A DNA stretch of 63,740 nucleotides, counting the filler, from Globobulimina sp. (taxonomy: Eukaryota), in NCBI GenBank assembly GCA_003354225.1. It is 25 parts of 25 records of this genome, joined end to end, with 100 filler letters (N's around TTAATTAATTAA, not from the genome) between each part and the next. Parts side by side here need not be neighbours in the genome. Positions count along the whole stretch, not along the records: positions 25,550 to 28,003 come from PIVH01006606.1; positions 28,104 to 30,557 come from PIVH01006607.1; positions 30,658 to 33,111 come from PIVH01006608.1; positions 33,212 to 35,664 come from PIVH01006609.1; positions 35,765 to 38,217 come from PIVH01006610.1; positions 38,318 to 40,770 come from PIVH01006611.1; 19 more parts are not named here. One strand, given 5' to 3'. Positions 25,550 to 39,476 of this stretch are shown here, one piece after another. Below the pieces are notes generated by a model. That model saw only the letters and a list, made by a program, of their open reading frames with translations, was not told where the DNA came from and made no database searches. Position 1 is the first letter of the stretch, and the number at the start of each line of letters is the position of its first letter. Made by a program: the position numbers and the translations under genes.

Positions 25550-26395
25550 ACCATCAGTAATATTAATTTTTGCTGCGAAATATTTGACAATATTTTGAGT
25601 TATGTGAGGAAAGACACCAACACAAACCTAAAAACAATAATTATTGAATCTAATGAATATAAGGCCATGAAAAAGGCAATCAATACATTCGCTGCAAAAT
25701 TTCGGGAAATGAACATATTTGTTTCAATGAACGTCCCTAATATGAGTCATATTACTCATATATATATCGAGACTATTGATGACCAACAATTGTGTCACAT
25801 TCGTATGGATTTACGGATAAATCTATTGCAGTTTGTGTCTAAACTAGTTATTGCTGATAATGGCAATATGTTTTTCAGTTATTTTAAGGATATTAACAAT
25901 GAAATAACAACTCGAATTCAGATGCAATTATCAAATACTAATGATCACAATCTTAAATTTAATATATATTGTCGTCAGGTGAAACGTGTAAGAATTTATT
26001 GGAAAAATGTTATTGAAAATATCAATGAAGATCTATTTAAATTGTTTTTTCATTCAGAATACGAATGGATAAAATTTGAAATTGTGAATCAATTATTTCC
26101 AAATCTTAAATTATTACATGTATTCAACATACGTTTATGCTCACAAACATTGGATAACATTTTAATTCATTTAAGGACGGAAAAGACAAAATTGGAACAC
26201 ATAATGATAAAACCAAGCATCCATAGTCAGATAAGCATTGCAGAGGCGGTGACTCAATATCAAGATCTATTCAAAGCAATAAAATTCGATATTACATCGC
26301 CTACAATGAAAAAATGCATCAACAAAAAAAGGAGCAAAAATAAGCGATGTATTGAATACAAAAGCATAGGACTGGTCATCCAAAAAAACAAGTAA
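25550..26395 (+). CDS. Hypothetical protein, 5'-partial
   Basis: Open frame of at least 266 codons in AT-rich DNA, starting near the contig edge. Confidence 0.6.
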   Translation, partial: TISNINFCCEIFDNILSYVRKDTNTNLKTIIIESNEYKAMKKAINTFAAKFREMNIFVSMNVPNMSHITHIYIETIDDQQLCHIRMDLRINLLQFVSKLVIADNGNMFFSYFKDINNEITTRIQMQLSNTNDHNLKFNIYCRQVKRVRIYWKNVIENINEDLFKLFFHSEYEWIKFEIVNQLFPNLKLLHVFNIRLCSQTLDNILIHLRTEKTKLEHIMIKPSIHSQISIAEAVTQYQDLFKAIKFDITSPTMKKCINKKRSKNKRCIEYKSIGLVIQKNK

Positions 26396-26695
26396 CAATT
26401 ATTATAATATTTATTTGCCCAAGCTTCGCCTGGTAATTTAAATATCAATATAACATTAAAACAACAATCGATACTATTCCTGCAGATGTTACCTCAAACA
26501 TTATTTCACTTCACTTCACTCAAGTAGGACAGTTTCATATTTCCTACTTTTCCTACTTTATATAGTGAACGAATGTTAAAGGGCGATGTGTAACTAGTGT
26601 ACTGAGAATATAACGTGCTTTAGCATCAGTGCAGTGACTGGAGAAAATATATTCAAACCATTTGACTGGTTATGCGATGTATTGAAAGATGAATA

Positions 26696-27263
26696 TTGAA
26701 AACGAATAATATAGCTATAGATACTGAGAGTAGCGATATTGATGTTGCTTCTATATTAACCGAAGATGATTTATTTTCAAAAAACGAAGTCTATTATGAT
26801 AATAACTATGATTTATTGTATTCGATTCCAAATACTGCATCAGCAAATTTTTATGCATTTAACAAATATCCAAAGGATTTTCCGTTACTTTATTACGAAA
26901 ATGTTGGTTTAAATATTATACGATATGCTCGATATATTGTATTGAATAAAAGCTTATATGGTCAAGACTCAACCGAGAATTTAATATATTTCGATCATTA
27001 TATTTCATATCAAATACCATTCAAAGAATATCTGTTAATTCTGTTTCGTTTATTGTGTTAATATTACAAATTATATTAACATATGCATTTTTTATGATAA
27101 TTATTTGTATTGGAGATTGAAGGACAATGAAATTGTCAAATCGGTGCGAGAGCGCGAACAAAATAATAATAATAATAATACATCGGGCAATGCATCAGCA
27201 GCGGTCTTCGCGTCGCCGATTATGCGAAAGCAAAGTCATTTAACTGAATCGAAAGCAAATTAA
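26696..27263 (+). pseudogene. Frameshifted fragment of a probable membrane protein
   Basis: The 121-aa ORF appears to continue in shifted frames as SFIVLILQIILTYAF and then YDNYLYWRLKDNEIVKSVRERE...ESKAN stop. No GT-AG intron evident. Confidence 0.4.
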
Positions 27264-27719
27264 GTCAGTAATTCAATACAATGTGAACGGTATCGATGAA
27301 GGTTAATGATAAAAATGTATCACAGACTGTTAAAAGAAAGGCATACAAAGCAATTGTCGGCATCACAATATAGCTTTGAATAACATACAATGCCGTATTG
27401 TAACGAGCTAACATTGTTGTGATTGATTGCATGAACTGTATCCATTGTAAATGTAGGAACAATATATTTAAATATGCAATAAAAAGATGGATCTTAATTT
27501 AATGCACAGTAATCGCAATATTTAACCAATCTAAAATAAAAACTGTACAGCCACGCATATAACTGTTTATTTACAAATACTTAAACACACCATTTCCACC
27601 GCACACTATAAAACAACATGTAGTGCTTCGTAATTCAAATGAAAGAGCTTATTCCTTAAATTGATTTCAAATAATAATATTTACAAACAACAAAAAATTA
27701 AAACAAACCAAACAAACAA

Positions 27720-28003
27720 TCACATACATTCAAAAAGTAATAAATCTCGCCTATCTCCATCAAAATCACTTGTTTGTTGTATTGATATTTTTATTTTTGG
27801 ATATTTAATATTTAATGATGATGAGATTGATGAATAGACATAAAATAACCAACTTCGTCTATCTCCACCTTCTTCTTCTTGATAATCCTTCCAAATCCCA
27901 TATAATGAACACTTGATTTTATTTGTTTTTCTTGTTTCACTTAAAATGTCCAATAAACCACATAATGAAAATTGATATGAACGACCTCCATAACCATCCG
28001 TAC
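27720..28003 (-). CDS. 3' end of a hypothetical protein
   Basis: Frame open from the contig edge (TDGYGGRSYQFSLCGLLDIL...) to the stop at 27720. Confidence 0.45.
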
Positions 28004-28103
28004 NNNNNNNNNNNNNNNNNNNNNNNNNNNNNNNNNNNNNNNNNNNNTTAATTAATTAANNNNNNNNNNNNNNNNNNNNNNNNNNNNNNNNNNNNNNNNN
28101 NNN

Positions 28104-30557
28104 TTCCTTTATTTTTAGTTCTTTGACCAATCGATTTAATACAACGCCGCCAGTCACAGCCTGATGATATAAGATATTATGTTGTTTTATGAGAGATATC
28201 CATTCATTCTTTGGTTGCACACCTAATATGTTATAAAATTGTTGTTGATCTAAGATTGGTTTATTATATTTTTGTAACGTATATAGTAAATGATCAATAT
28301 TATTATTTACATTCTGTTCAAAATTTTTGGTTGATAATATTGGTAAATATTGGTTTATTAATAAAATTTCTTCTTCATTCTTATGTTGCGATATATAATC
28401 AACTAATATTCCAGTGATAAATTTAAAAAAATTATTGTATGACGCTCGAATTGTCCATAAAAGACCGAGTGACTTTGAAAATGAGTGAGCCACACTTAGT
28501 GCCATTGTGGTGGAGGTCTGACCATTATATTTCGGCAATACATCATCAACAACCAACACCATACTCAGTCCATGATATATTTTCATCGGTGCTTTTGAGT
28601 GTGGCCTCAACCGCGGAATGGGCATTGCGTGAAACAACGCAGTTTCATACAATTTTAATGCCCAAAAATAAAAATCACGTTTCCTTTCTATCGAAGCATT
28701 TTTCCAATGAGCTCTACGAAGTTTTGCTTGATATTCATTTGTGTCGGTATAGATTTTCAATGCCACTAATTCTTCCAATTCAAAATATTTGTTTTTATTT
28801 CTATTTAATTTGTAAAAACATTCCAATTCAAAACTTAAATATAATTTTCCATTTATTGTCGATTCCTTATTTTCAATGATTGAATCTCGCAATGTTTTAT
28901 ATTTTGGTTCTTGTCCATAAACAAACCAATTTAACACTGATTCTCCGAAATTTAATGTTATCGGTTTGTTATCTTTTTCTTTCGATTCATTATTATTATT
29001 ATTATTATTGGCAACATTGTTTTGTGGAATAACTGGAGTAATAAAATGTGTTTCGCCGCCATTTTCTTTTTTTAATCGATAAAGTTCTTCTTTTGGATGC
29101 AATGCATAACAATGTAAGGCACATAATGTTGATTTAATAATTTCATTGATGCCATAATCTGCCTCTTCCTCTTCCTCTTCCTCCTCAATATAATCATCGT
29201 TGATTTCTATTTCTCGTCTTCTCATAATGTGTTGTTGCAATATTTTACAATGTTTTAATTGACAAAATCCGATTTTTTCTACAATATATTTTTTTACCTT
29301 ATTTTCTTTTTCTTTTTTACAAAAATCGTGTTTGCATATAATATGATCATAGGAAGCTAATAATTGTTCAATATTTATTTTGTTGTTTTCAATTTGAAAG
29401 TTATTTTTTGCATTGAATGTGTTGAATACACTTAAAATATATTGAATAGAATGACATTGTTCAAAATCATTGATTGTGTTTGATGTACAAACTTGTTTTT
29501 TATTTTCAAGTGCGGGGCCGACATAAAATAATAACATCGCATTTAAAATAATAAGATATGCCTTGTCTTTGTTTTTTGATAATAAAAATTCTTTGATATT
29601 TGAGCTATTTGCTTCATTTTGTGTACGTTGCACAATTCCAATATCATCTAAAATCGATTCAGAATCATATTCGTTTTGCAGCAAATAAGCATTAATAAAT
29701 TGAATATCACTTATTTTTAATCCGTGTGATAACATTTCTTGATTTAAAATCTCTCGAAAACAGAACATAAAATTTCTTTTTTTTGCACCAAACTCTTCAT
29801 ACAATATTGCACGACTATAATTTACCGAAATGTGGGTTGTTTTGCTAAATATTTTATAAAATGCATTGAATATCTCGTCATTTAATGTGACACTCCATCC
29901 ATACTTATATCCTTTGCCATAAATCAAATCTAATATTTGTGTACCGGATTTATTCTTATCTTTGACAAATAAGCGAGTTACAAAATGTGTTAACATCTCG
30001 GGATAAAAACGAATCGCATTATTTTCACCATACAGCAAATGACAAACAATTTTACTTTTAAACATATTGTAATTAAAACCAATAAAATGATGAAAATGTA
30101 ATTCTGCAAAATGTTTCTCGCTCGCTATCACATATAATGTGTCATATTCATTTGTTCCTCGTCTTCGTCGATCGATAATTAATGTTAATTTTTTCATTTT
30201 CTTTTTCTTAATATCCACGATATTATAATACCGCATAATTTCTGTTTGAATGTCAATATTTTCTTTTAACAATATTTTAACAAAATTATATGCATTTTTA
30301 TTAACTAAATATTGTTCAATGCTATTAATCCTATATTTAAATCGAATATTATTATCATAAACGGATACAATCGATTTGGGAATGACAAACACTTTCAATT
30401 GCAAATATTCATTGTGATTCAGAATAAGATTTAGTTTTAAATAATTGACAAAATACGAAATTGTAAAATGATAATTAAATATCTCAAATAAATCATCATT
30501 CACTAAATAAGCTGCAAATAATTTATCATTGCCATCATTGCCATCCTTCATTTTGAT
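28104..30557 (-). CDS. Large protein with an ADP-ribosyltransferase-like domain, partial
   Basis: Open frame of more than 810 codons. VALKIYTD, IYHGL, GQTSTT...VAHSF and ISQHKNEEEILL appear in ART motif order and spacing. Confidence 0.7.
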
Positions 30558-30657
30558 NNNNNNNNNNNNNNNNNNNNNNNNNNNNNNNNNNNNNNNNNNN
30601 NTTAATTAATTAANNNNNNNNNNNNNNNNNNNNNNNNNNNNNNNNNNNNNNNNNNNN

Positions 30658-31708
30658 ATAGATCTTCATATAATTACATGTATACTCAAACACTTTAATT
30701 TGGTAAAACAAACAGCAGGATATATTTAGTGTGAAGAATAATATTGCCTCCTATACTTTAATAAAACGCAACAAATGTTTTTGGTGCATGCACGCTGAGT
30801 GATGCACGTGATTGTCAATCTTGCGCACATTATAAAAGTCTCTGTGCGGAATGGATTTGACTTCCAAGACTTCGACATGGTCATTGAGCCACTGATGGAG
30901 TATGAATCGGGAATGCAAGATCTTCAAACGTCTGTAACACATTGTTTTAGCAGGCCCCAAAGACACCAAATCCATAACGCGCTGCAGATCCAATTGGTAT
31001 TCAAAAAAAGAGGGGAACTCAAATAACTCTCCATTCGAGTTCTTGGAGATAATGTGCATTATTCCTTTCTCGAATTTACATTCATACTGTTTCTCAATGG
31101 AGGCAGGAAAGTGTTTCTTTTGACTTTCTACATCAAGGGAGATGGCACCGTCTGATAATAGACAGCCAATATGGTCCGTTTTGCTTGGTTTGTACACATA
31201 TTTCTCACGCAATTGGCAGATTTGCTGGATTTTTTGAGTCACTATTTCGGTTTCTTCCTGTGTGGGGACAGTGGAGTTGATGTTGTATATATTCATAGTT
31301 TATTACATGTGGTTATAGTGTATGGAGCTTAACATCAGGTTCGCAAATGTTGTCTCTGTCGACGGTGCGTATGGATATCTTGAACCAATCCGGTGTGTAA
31401 TGGTCTGATGAAGCACCGATGACAGGATCAGTAGCATCGCCTCCGACGGTGACACGTGGCGTGAACTGTCCATCGGGCTTTATGGATTGAGATCTGACAC
31501 GCCGAAACCGTGACATTCGCGTAGATACACTGTGGATGCGTGGCAATTCTGTCATGGTAGTATGTGCACGATGTTTCATGAGATTTTTATCTGCAAACGA
31601 CATTCTTTCGCTCTGGTTGTCAGTACTGTTATATGCATTTGATGTCTGATATGTCTGATTGAGTTTGGCGAATGTTTTGCCTTTTTTCTCAGCTAATATA
31701 GACGTCAT
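30658..31708 (-). CDS. AMPD: AMP deaminase, N-terminal part, spliced
   Basis: GPAKTMCYRRL..L..RF.LH..LN and PHRDFYNVRKIDNHVHHSACMHQKHLLRFIK. Intron 31258-31333. Confidence 0.95.
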
Positions 31709-31913
31709 TAGTACTAGCTCACTTGGTGAAAATCTTAGAAAATCTTAAAATGTCGAGTGTTTGAAAAAGTAAAATTAAAACACAAAAACAAAGGGTCCGG
31801 ATATACATTAATTAAACAAGATGTATCAATGGAAGAGAATGAACATAAGAATGACGACTACGAGGTTGCATGGGAAACATTATCGTATGCAATCATTAGC
31901 CTTTGGTAACATA

Positions 31914-33111
31914 TTAATGCACTCCGGTGATTTTGTAACACGTTGTTATCGGATGCCTTCTAAACATTGCCGGCATATGTTGTTTACGTAACATTTTTGC
32001 AGAATTTGATTTTGGCGGTTTTGCAGAGTTTGATCTTAGTCTGGTTCCTCTGTTGCGGGTGTTGTTTGATCCGATTTTTGATTTCTTCTTCCCTTTTGGT
32101 GCTGATCTTGGTCTATTTGATATTATTTGTTTTGAATTCATTGCATTTTGCGTCTGTGACTGTGACAAATTGTTTGCACCAATTCTTGATTTAAAAAGAT
32201 TTGATTTGTAAGCAGTTAATCGTTCTTCTGATGTGGCTTTAACTAATCTTCTTGATGGAAATGCTGCATTTGTATAACGTTTCTGATGTAAATTGGTCAT
32301 TGAACTGGTATTTGATGTATATCTTCGCGGGCTTGGTTTTGTTGAATATAAAGGTGTCGAACCTCTACGGATTGGACGTGTATTATATTTTCTTTTCGAT
32401 GATTTCGTTGTTGACGAAGCAAAGCGTGGATTGTTTGATACCTTTATTGGGTCATTTGACCGTCCGATGACTCTTAAACCTGGAAATTGGGATTTTTGAT
32501 TCACATTTAAATTATTAATAATATCGTGATTATTTATTGTATATATCGGTGCTAATTCAGTTGGCGGTAAGTTATGTACAATTTTTTTATATTTATTATT
32601 ATTATTATTATTTTTGATTGGTTTTTTAAAATTATTATCAAAAGCATGATTTGTTACAGATTCGTTTTTAATATGCAATGCATTCAATGTGTTTGACAAA
32701 TATGATAATGTTGAATCTAAATAATCCGTCGATTCGTGTGAATAATATTTGGCCTTTTCAATATTTGGCAGTTGTTCATCACTGTTATTTGTTGTTTGTA
32801 AAGATTTGTTATTTGGTAAAACCGTAGGTGTCGATGGGCGGAGTTTAAGTATCGATGTTAATGGTTTATTGTCGGAATTATTATGTATATTTATTTCATG
32901 ATTGGCAGTTATGGCAATGGCCGTGTCATTGCAAACATGTACCAATTGTTTTGACCAACAAATGCCTTTTTTGTTCAATTTTGAGATAGAATTTGTTTCT
33001 TCGTTATCGTCACAGCGAATACTATGACAGTTTAAAAATGTATTAGTAACAACTGCTTCTTCTTCACTTTGATGCGTTGGATTGCACCATCTATCATCAA
33101 TAGTGGTGAGT
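31914..33111 (-). CDS. Hypothetical basic low-complexity protein, 5'-partial
   Basis: Open frame of more than 350 codons, rich in S/N/K/R. Confidence 0.6.
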
Positions 33112-33211
33112 NNNNNNNNNNNNNNNNNNNNNNNNNNNNNNNNNNNNNNNNNNNNTTAATTAATTAANNNNNNNNNNNNNNNNNNNNNNNNNNNNNNNNN
33201 NNNNNNNNNNN

Positions 33212-35664
33212 ACGTTTGAACAATTCATCACATTAATAAAACACGTCAAAGATACAGAAAATATACATATTAAACTATTAGAGGTTATGTACAATTCAAT
33301 GACCAAAAACCAGATGAAACTATGCCATGATAACCATTATACACTGTGTTCCTGGAACTTATTGATTCAGCAAAATAAGCACAACTCCATTTATTATGAG
33401 GCTGTGAATGATCCGAATGATATATTACATGTCATATTTGATCCATTACTGACAACATTTTGCTTGCTATTCGACGTAGTAAAAGAAAACGAGAAGAAAG
33501 GGATAATAATTGACAAATTGACGCAGCTCATATTGACTGGTTTATATAATTTGGCAGTCTTCATTGCCAAATGCAATAAATATGACAAGATGGATTTATT
33601 CATACTACGCTTGTGTCAAATGACTGGTTTGCATGAAATTGGAAATATAAAATGCGGATTGAAATACAGTCAATCTTTTTGTAAAAAAGAAGCGTCGCAT
33701 TTATTGTTGGATATTATTTATAAATTTGGTGCGGATATTATCACCGAAGAAGGATGGAATTACATCTTATTATTTGTGATGCAGTGCGCGCGATTATCAC
33801 TTTTGCCGTTTACAATGTATCAGTTGGACGATTTTGTATCGACGGTAAGTTGGCGGGTCGCGCTTTGAATCGATCGTTTAAGTATTTGTACACTGTGGAC
33901 GCGTCGTTATTGATTAGCGAACAAAAAGAAATCAAACAACAGCAAGAGAAGCAAATGGAAGAAACGCAGCAACAAACGTTGTTTGGTACACTTGTGTCGT
34001 TTTTGGATGTATTTCAAAGCCCAAGCGATGATTTAAAAGAAAAGGAGAAAGAAAAACAACTCTTAAATTCTGCGCAAATAATATTGACGGATTATTGTAA
34101 AATTAATATGTTATTTAAGAAATCGTCGTTGTACAGCATCGAATCGGTACGCTATTTAATTAAATCATTGATAAAACATTCAAAGTTTGGGTTATTGCCA
34201 TTGGGCACAAATAATATCGATATTAAAACCTATGATGTTGATGGTGTTACACATACGATATACATTGATAAGTTGAGCATGTTACCGTGTATACAATGCA
34301 GTTGTTTGTGTATACAGTTTTTGACCTCGATATTGTTGCATAATTGGCAACGTATTGAGTACATTTGGGATTTAATAATAACACATTTTAAGCAGTTATT
34401 GCAAATCAATATGAATGAGAAAGAGAATAAAGTGGATAAACAATTATATGAAGCCATGTTGGAATCGCTGGTCATTGGCATTTTGAAGATTTGTGTGCGT
34501 GGAATACAATTACAATGTACACAATATACACAATGTATTATGTCATCAATTACCTTAATTTCGCATTTATTTGTAGATATATTTGAAAATTATAAAAACA
34601 TTTCATATCAAATTGCAGCGGCAATTAATCGACTAATAAAACAGATTTGTACTAAGAAATTATTATATTTAAGACATAAAACATCGACAATCAGCACGTC
34701 ACCGTCATCTTCCATATCCTCGCTGTCCTCATTATCCTCATTGAATTCAATGAGGGAGCACCATGCGCGACGACTGTCGGACTATAAATGGTGGAGTGTG
34801 CTTCCATGGCATCATATATTTATGATTATAAAATTGGCAGCATCCAAATATACAACGATTGATATTTCGGCGAGAATGTTTGTAAATATATTGGGTGTAT
34901 TTGACGATCATGACAGTGATCAACCATTTATTAAAGAGGACAATATGAATAATATTAAAAACAAAAACGAGTTCTATTCGAAAATTGCGTTTCTACCAAA
35001 CAGCCCATTTGAAAATATGCACCATGTCATTGAGATATTTGCCATATTTATAACAGCGAAATTTAATGCGAGTTCTGTGACCTCCTTAAAAATTATGATA
35101 ATTAAAGCAATTTGTAATGTTTTGCAGGAAATGGAATATTTTTATGAGATAATAACAAGTAATACAAATAAACATGAATCCGGTCCCGGGGATATTTATA
35201 ATTATAAAGAGATTGAATTGAAAATATTTAAATATATCCGAGTATTCATAATATATATCATTAAGTTGTGTGGTTCGCTATGCTCTGTCATTCGAACCAA
35301 AGCGTTGTTGTTGTTGGAATATATTTTATTGCGATCAAACATTTCAAAGATATTTATCAATAAAAATACTCATTTTACTGTCGATATGATATTAAATGTA
35401 TTGTGTTCTGAATTGATTATGACTCAGTTGTCTTCGTTAAAAAAAATAAAAAATAATCATTCATTTCAATTAATTACACAGTCGCGAATATTTAGCATAT
35501 CATTGTTATATCGATATTTTGTGCAAAACTTAAATCAATTGAATTATGATACTAATTTTAAGGATTTTTGGATGAAAATACTTTGTTGTACGGATATTAT
35601 GTTGGAAATGAAGTTAGACCCAAAATATGATGAACTTTATGTTTCTATTAAACAAAACTTAAAA
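33212..35664 (+). CDS. GBF1/GNOM-like large Arf-GEF, region C-terminal to the Sec7 domain
   Basis: LCQMTGL, FGADIITEEGWNYIL...LSLLP...DDF, CKINMLFKKS, ILLHNWQRI..IW and F..FWMKIL resemble the HDS domains of GBF1. Confidence 0.65.
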
Positions 35665-35764
35665 NNNNNNNNNNNNNNNNNNNNNNNNNNNNNNNNNNNN
35701 NNNNNNNNTTAATTAATTAANNNNNNNNNNNNNNNNNNNNNNNNNNNNNNNNNNNNNNNNNNNN

Positions 35765-36478
35765 GATGCAAATAATTATAACAACGATATTATTAAAATG
35801 GAGTTAAACGTTTTTACGAAAACATTAAAATATTATAAAAACAATTGTGATTTAGGCGTTGCATTCGAGAATATTAATTTTATGAAAAATGCATTTTGTT
35901 TAGCAATTGCACTCAGTGGTCATATCGAAGCAAAATTAATGAGATTCCAGATTAGTCTCAGTAAGGATGAGCATAATGATAATAATAAGGCATTGCAAAT
36001 GGAAGAAGAGAAGGAATGGCATAAAAAACTAAAGATACAAAATAGAAAATTACATAAATTGTTTGAGGAAGTAAATGAATGTATAAAATTAACAGAAAAC
36101 ACTTTAAAAATACAAGCGGCGGAAATGAATGAGTTACAAATCCAAATACAAACATTAAACAATGCGTGCAAACAGGTTGAAAATGAAAATTTAAAATTAA
36201 AACTCGAATTTAATGCATTAGAGTTGCAAGATATTGATGAAATAAATTATGAGAGATGGGATACCAAACAATTAATAGATTGGATAATTAATTTAGATGA
36301 AAGTTATAAAGAATATCAACATTTATTACAAGAAATATTATTTCAACAAAAAATGGATGGGTCAGGCTTGCCATTTATGGTAGCAAATGATATAAAAAAT
36401 TGGGGAATTACAAATTTCAAACATCGTAAACATATAATGCATGAAATTGAAGCTCTTATAAACAAAAAAAAAAAATAA
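35765..36478 (+). CDS. Coiled-coil protein with a C-terminal SAM domain, 5'-partial
   Basis: YERWDTKQLIDWI...Y...MDGSGL...DIKNWGITNFKHRKHIMHEI. Confidence 0.8.
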   Translation, partial: DANNYNNDIIKMELNVFTKTLKYYKNNCDLGVAFENINFMKNAFCLAIALSGHIEAKLMRFQISLSKDEHNDNNKALQMEEEKEWHKKLKIQNRKLHKLFEEVNECIKLTENTLKIQAAEMNELQIQIQTLNNACKQVENENLKLKLEFNALELQDIDEINYERWDTKQLIDWIINLDESYKEYQHLLQEILFQQKMDGSGLPFMVANDIKNWGITNFKHRKHIMHEIEALINKKKK

Positions 36479-36615
36479 AACCGCAAGATGTCAGAATTTC
36501 TTAATTTTTATTGAACATCATTTTGTATAATAAATCTAAATAAAACTTTGTCTTGACTTTGCAAATCGAAAACATTCCATTCACACAACAATAACACAAC
36601 TGAAGTACAAACTAA

Positions 36616-37544
36616 TCAGTTATTTCTGTAATAAAATGGTTGAATCATTTGCAAGTCAATTTTTACATTAATAACACCACCATTTTTTAATTTGATGTCT
36701 CTTATCATAGCAGAGTCACTAGGATTTGATATATTGCTTAGATCAATCTTAACATAATCCAATACTGATGAGTTAGCGTACAGTTTGTGATCTAGTACTT
36801 GAATATACAAAAATTCTTTTTTTATATTACAAATATCAAATTTATAACACTGTCCATATTCTACAGATTCTGCACCATATTTAATATCTGTTTCATACAT
36901 TTGATGTCCTAAACCTAATTTAATTTTCGGATTACATAAATATCCTATTTCTGATTTTAGGCCATACGCACCAATGAAAGTCAAGTTTAATGCTCCAATA
37001 TTTGTTTGATAGCCATGCATTTTGTATGATTTTGTTTCATGAATTTTTGATTCAAAATCTATCCAATTATTCTTCAGTATTGAACTGGTTAAAATTTGTT
37101 GCAATGTGTCATCATAGCTATATTTATCATATTTATCTTTTTTTTGTTCACATTCAGCGTCAAATTCCTCCATTTCGTATTTATCTTCAATTGCTTTACA
37201 TAATTGCGGGTTAAAGTTTTGATGCAGTTTGTGAACATCTGTGGTTGTCATAATGTAACAAATAAAAAAATAACAGAACGAGATAACAGACGACATGACA
37301 TACCTTGACAAAATTCAAAGTAAAATCCATATCCCCTTTTCCTGATAAAATTGTAAAAATCTTGCGAATAGATACTATTTCCAGTTAATGCATCTATCAT
37401 TCGTTGATGCTGATATTTCTTTTTTTTCTCATCAACTTCTTTGTTATATTCATCTACAGTTTGCTGAATATTGTTTGCCGTCTTACTACCTATTTCTTTA
37501 CATTTATTGAATGCTTTACCAGTGTAATATTTGATGCTTTGCAT
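36616..37544 (-). CDS. C2-domain protein, two exons
   Basis: Intron 37239-37303 joins the ORFs in frame. G.LNLTFIGAYGL...NPKIKL...LYIQVLDH...LDYVKIDL. Confidence 0.7.
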
Positions 37545-37697
37545 GGCGTATTGGAAAATATTGCGATGTTTGTATTGCGAAATTTGGCGGTGATTGTTTC
37601 TTGCGAAAACACGAAAACGCGCAAAATCAATTAATATCAGCTGCAATTTTCCAGAAAACTTTTTCTCAAAAACTAAAAAACATTTGCAGCATCGACC

Positions 37698-38217
37698 ATG
37701 GCACCAGCTTCTCCTGCAGAATATGGGTACATTATTGCAACTGTTGCAATATATGGAATTGGAATTTCATTTGGTTTTTGGTGGATCGTAATGTACTGTG
37801 TAAGATTTATAAATCATCTCCGATTGAAGCGTAATGGGAAGGTCGCACAATGCGAGATCACCGAAAGAGATCAAGAAGTAGAATGTACAGAGTTTGACGA
37901 TGACGATGATTGTATTGGTATATGTGATTTATGCACTACAATATTCGAGAGTATCGACGACAGAAGAGCCGGATTACATCTTTCATGGATTGCTGTGGAT
38001 AATGAAAGTGTAAAATGGAAATGTAAGAAGAAATTAAAAATGCCATCAAAAAAAATGGACAAATACAGATACAATGAGGAACATAAAATTCTATACTTGC
38101 CAGGTCATCATTCGGTGAATGAATTTGAAGATAATTGGTGTTGCTTTGATTTCAGAGATTTATGGGTTTCTATTATTTTGGGTTCAGTACTTGCGGCGTA
38201 TATTTCCCTATATATTT
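37698..38217 (+). CDS. Membrane protein, 3'-partial
   Basis: ATG start, N-terminal TM, beta-rich loop and a second TM. Confidence 0.6.
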
Positions 38218-38317
38218 NNNNNNNNNNNNNNNNNNNNNNNNNNNNNNNNNNNNNNNNNNNNTTAATTAATTAANNNNNNNNNNNNNNNNNNNNNNNNNNN
38301 NNNNNNNNNNNNNNNNN

Positions 38318-39450
38318 GACGGTGTATCATTCGTAATGGATTTGATCGCTTCGCTTTGGGTTTGCTGTGAATTCGGTTTGGGTTTTTTTGTACGGCGTGT
38401 ACGGCGATGGGTTTGTTGTTCCTCATTTTCGGAACGTTTCTTATCTGACTGTGGTGAAACAGTATCATCCATTTCATTTTTGTCTGCTTTATAGAATACG
38501 GATCGCTGTCTTTTTGGTATTTTCATGTCAATATCTTCTGTTTCTTCTTCATTAATGGTCGTCAACGGTGTTTGTTTCGTGGTTGGCGTGGTATTGTCAT
38601 TATTTTTCATCTCGACGTCTGCGGAGTTATCTGTTTTATTTTTATTATGATTGTTACTTTGCGTTGATTTCGGCGAAGGAGTCTTTTGCGTTTGTTGCGA
38701 TTTGGATCCACTCAAATCAGGGAATTCATTTTGTTCTGATAATTGCATAATGTCTTCGGCTTTGATATCATTGCCGTCGTCAGTTAAATGTACTGCTGTT
38801 TCATCATCGGAAGAATGAGAGCTATCATTCCCTGCAGCATTGACGGCGACGGTGGTTACTTTGGTTGTTTTTAAATAAAACGGCGAATCTTTCAATGAAT
38901 ACTGTGCCACTTTGACATAATTTTGCCAATCTGGAGATTTCCGAAAGGCAGTGACTGAATTAATTGATACTTTTCTGCAGAATGCCGCCAATAACACTTT
39001 CTCACTTCGTTTAATGTTCGCCGGTCTTTGGGCTGCTTTCTGATATTTATATTTAAAACGATCTAATATCATTTTAAACGATGCCGATGCCGTCGGGATA
39101 ATATAAACGAACGTGCTGGATTTAATCATATTGATTACCTCTTCGTAATCTTGTTTATAAAAATTGGTTGGCGCCTTCGTGGGACATTTCAATGGTGCTT
39201 TCATCAACGATGGGGACATCACGAACAATTTACTATTCTTCTTTACTTTCTTCGCAAATTGAATATATCCGGCTGGGGACAACGTCATCGCCATATTGGT
39301 ATGATCTGCTGTGTGAAATAGGTTTGCTTGTTGGTTGCCGACTGTGTTTGTGTTTTGCGGATCGCCTTGGTCTGCTAAAAGTAATGCAAACAAAGAAAGG
39401 CAGATAAAAGTAAAGTTTACTAAAGAAAAGCAAGTAAAATAAAAACGCAT
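38318..39450 (-). CDS. Hypothetical protein, 3'-partial, start uncertain
   Basis: Open frame of about 377 codons with a disordered, basic C-terminal half. Confidence 0.55.
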
Positions 39451-39476
39451 CTTTGTTTAATCAGAAAGTCATAACA

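Noticed and set aside
33835-33885. Possible frameshift in the GBF1-like gene
   Set aside because: A 38-nt GTAAGT...TTTAAG intron (33845-33882) restores the frame. A 1-nt indel cannot be excluded, because DF..DGK resembles GBF1.
38318-39450. Possible ORF1/gag of a retroelement
   Set aside because: No zinc knuckle, RRM or linked reverse transcriptase is visible, and the contig ends first.
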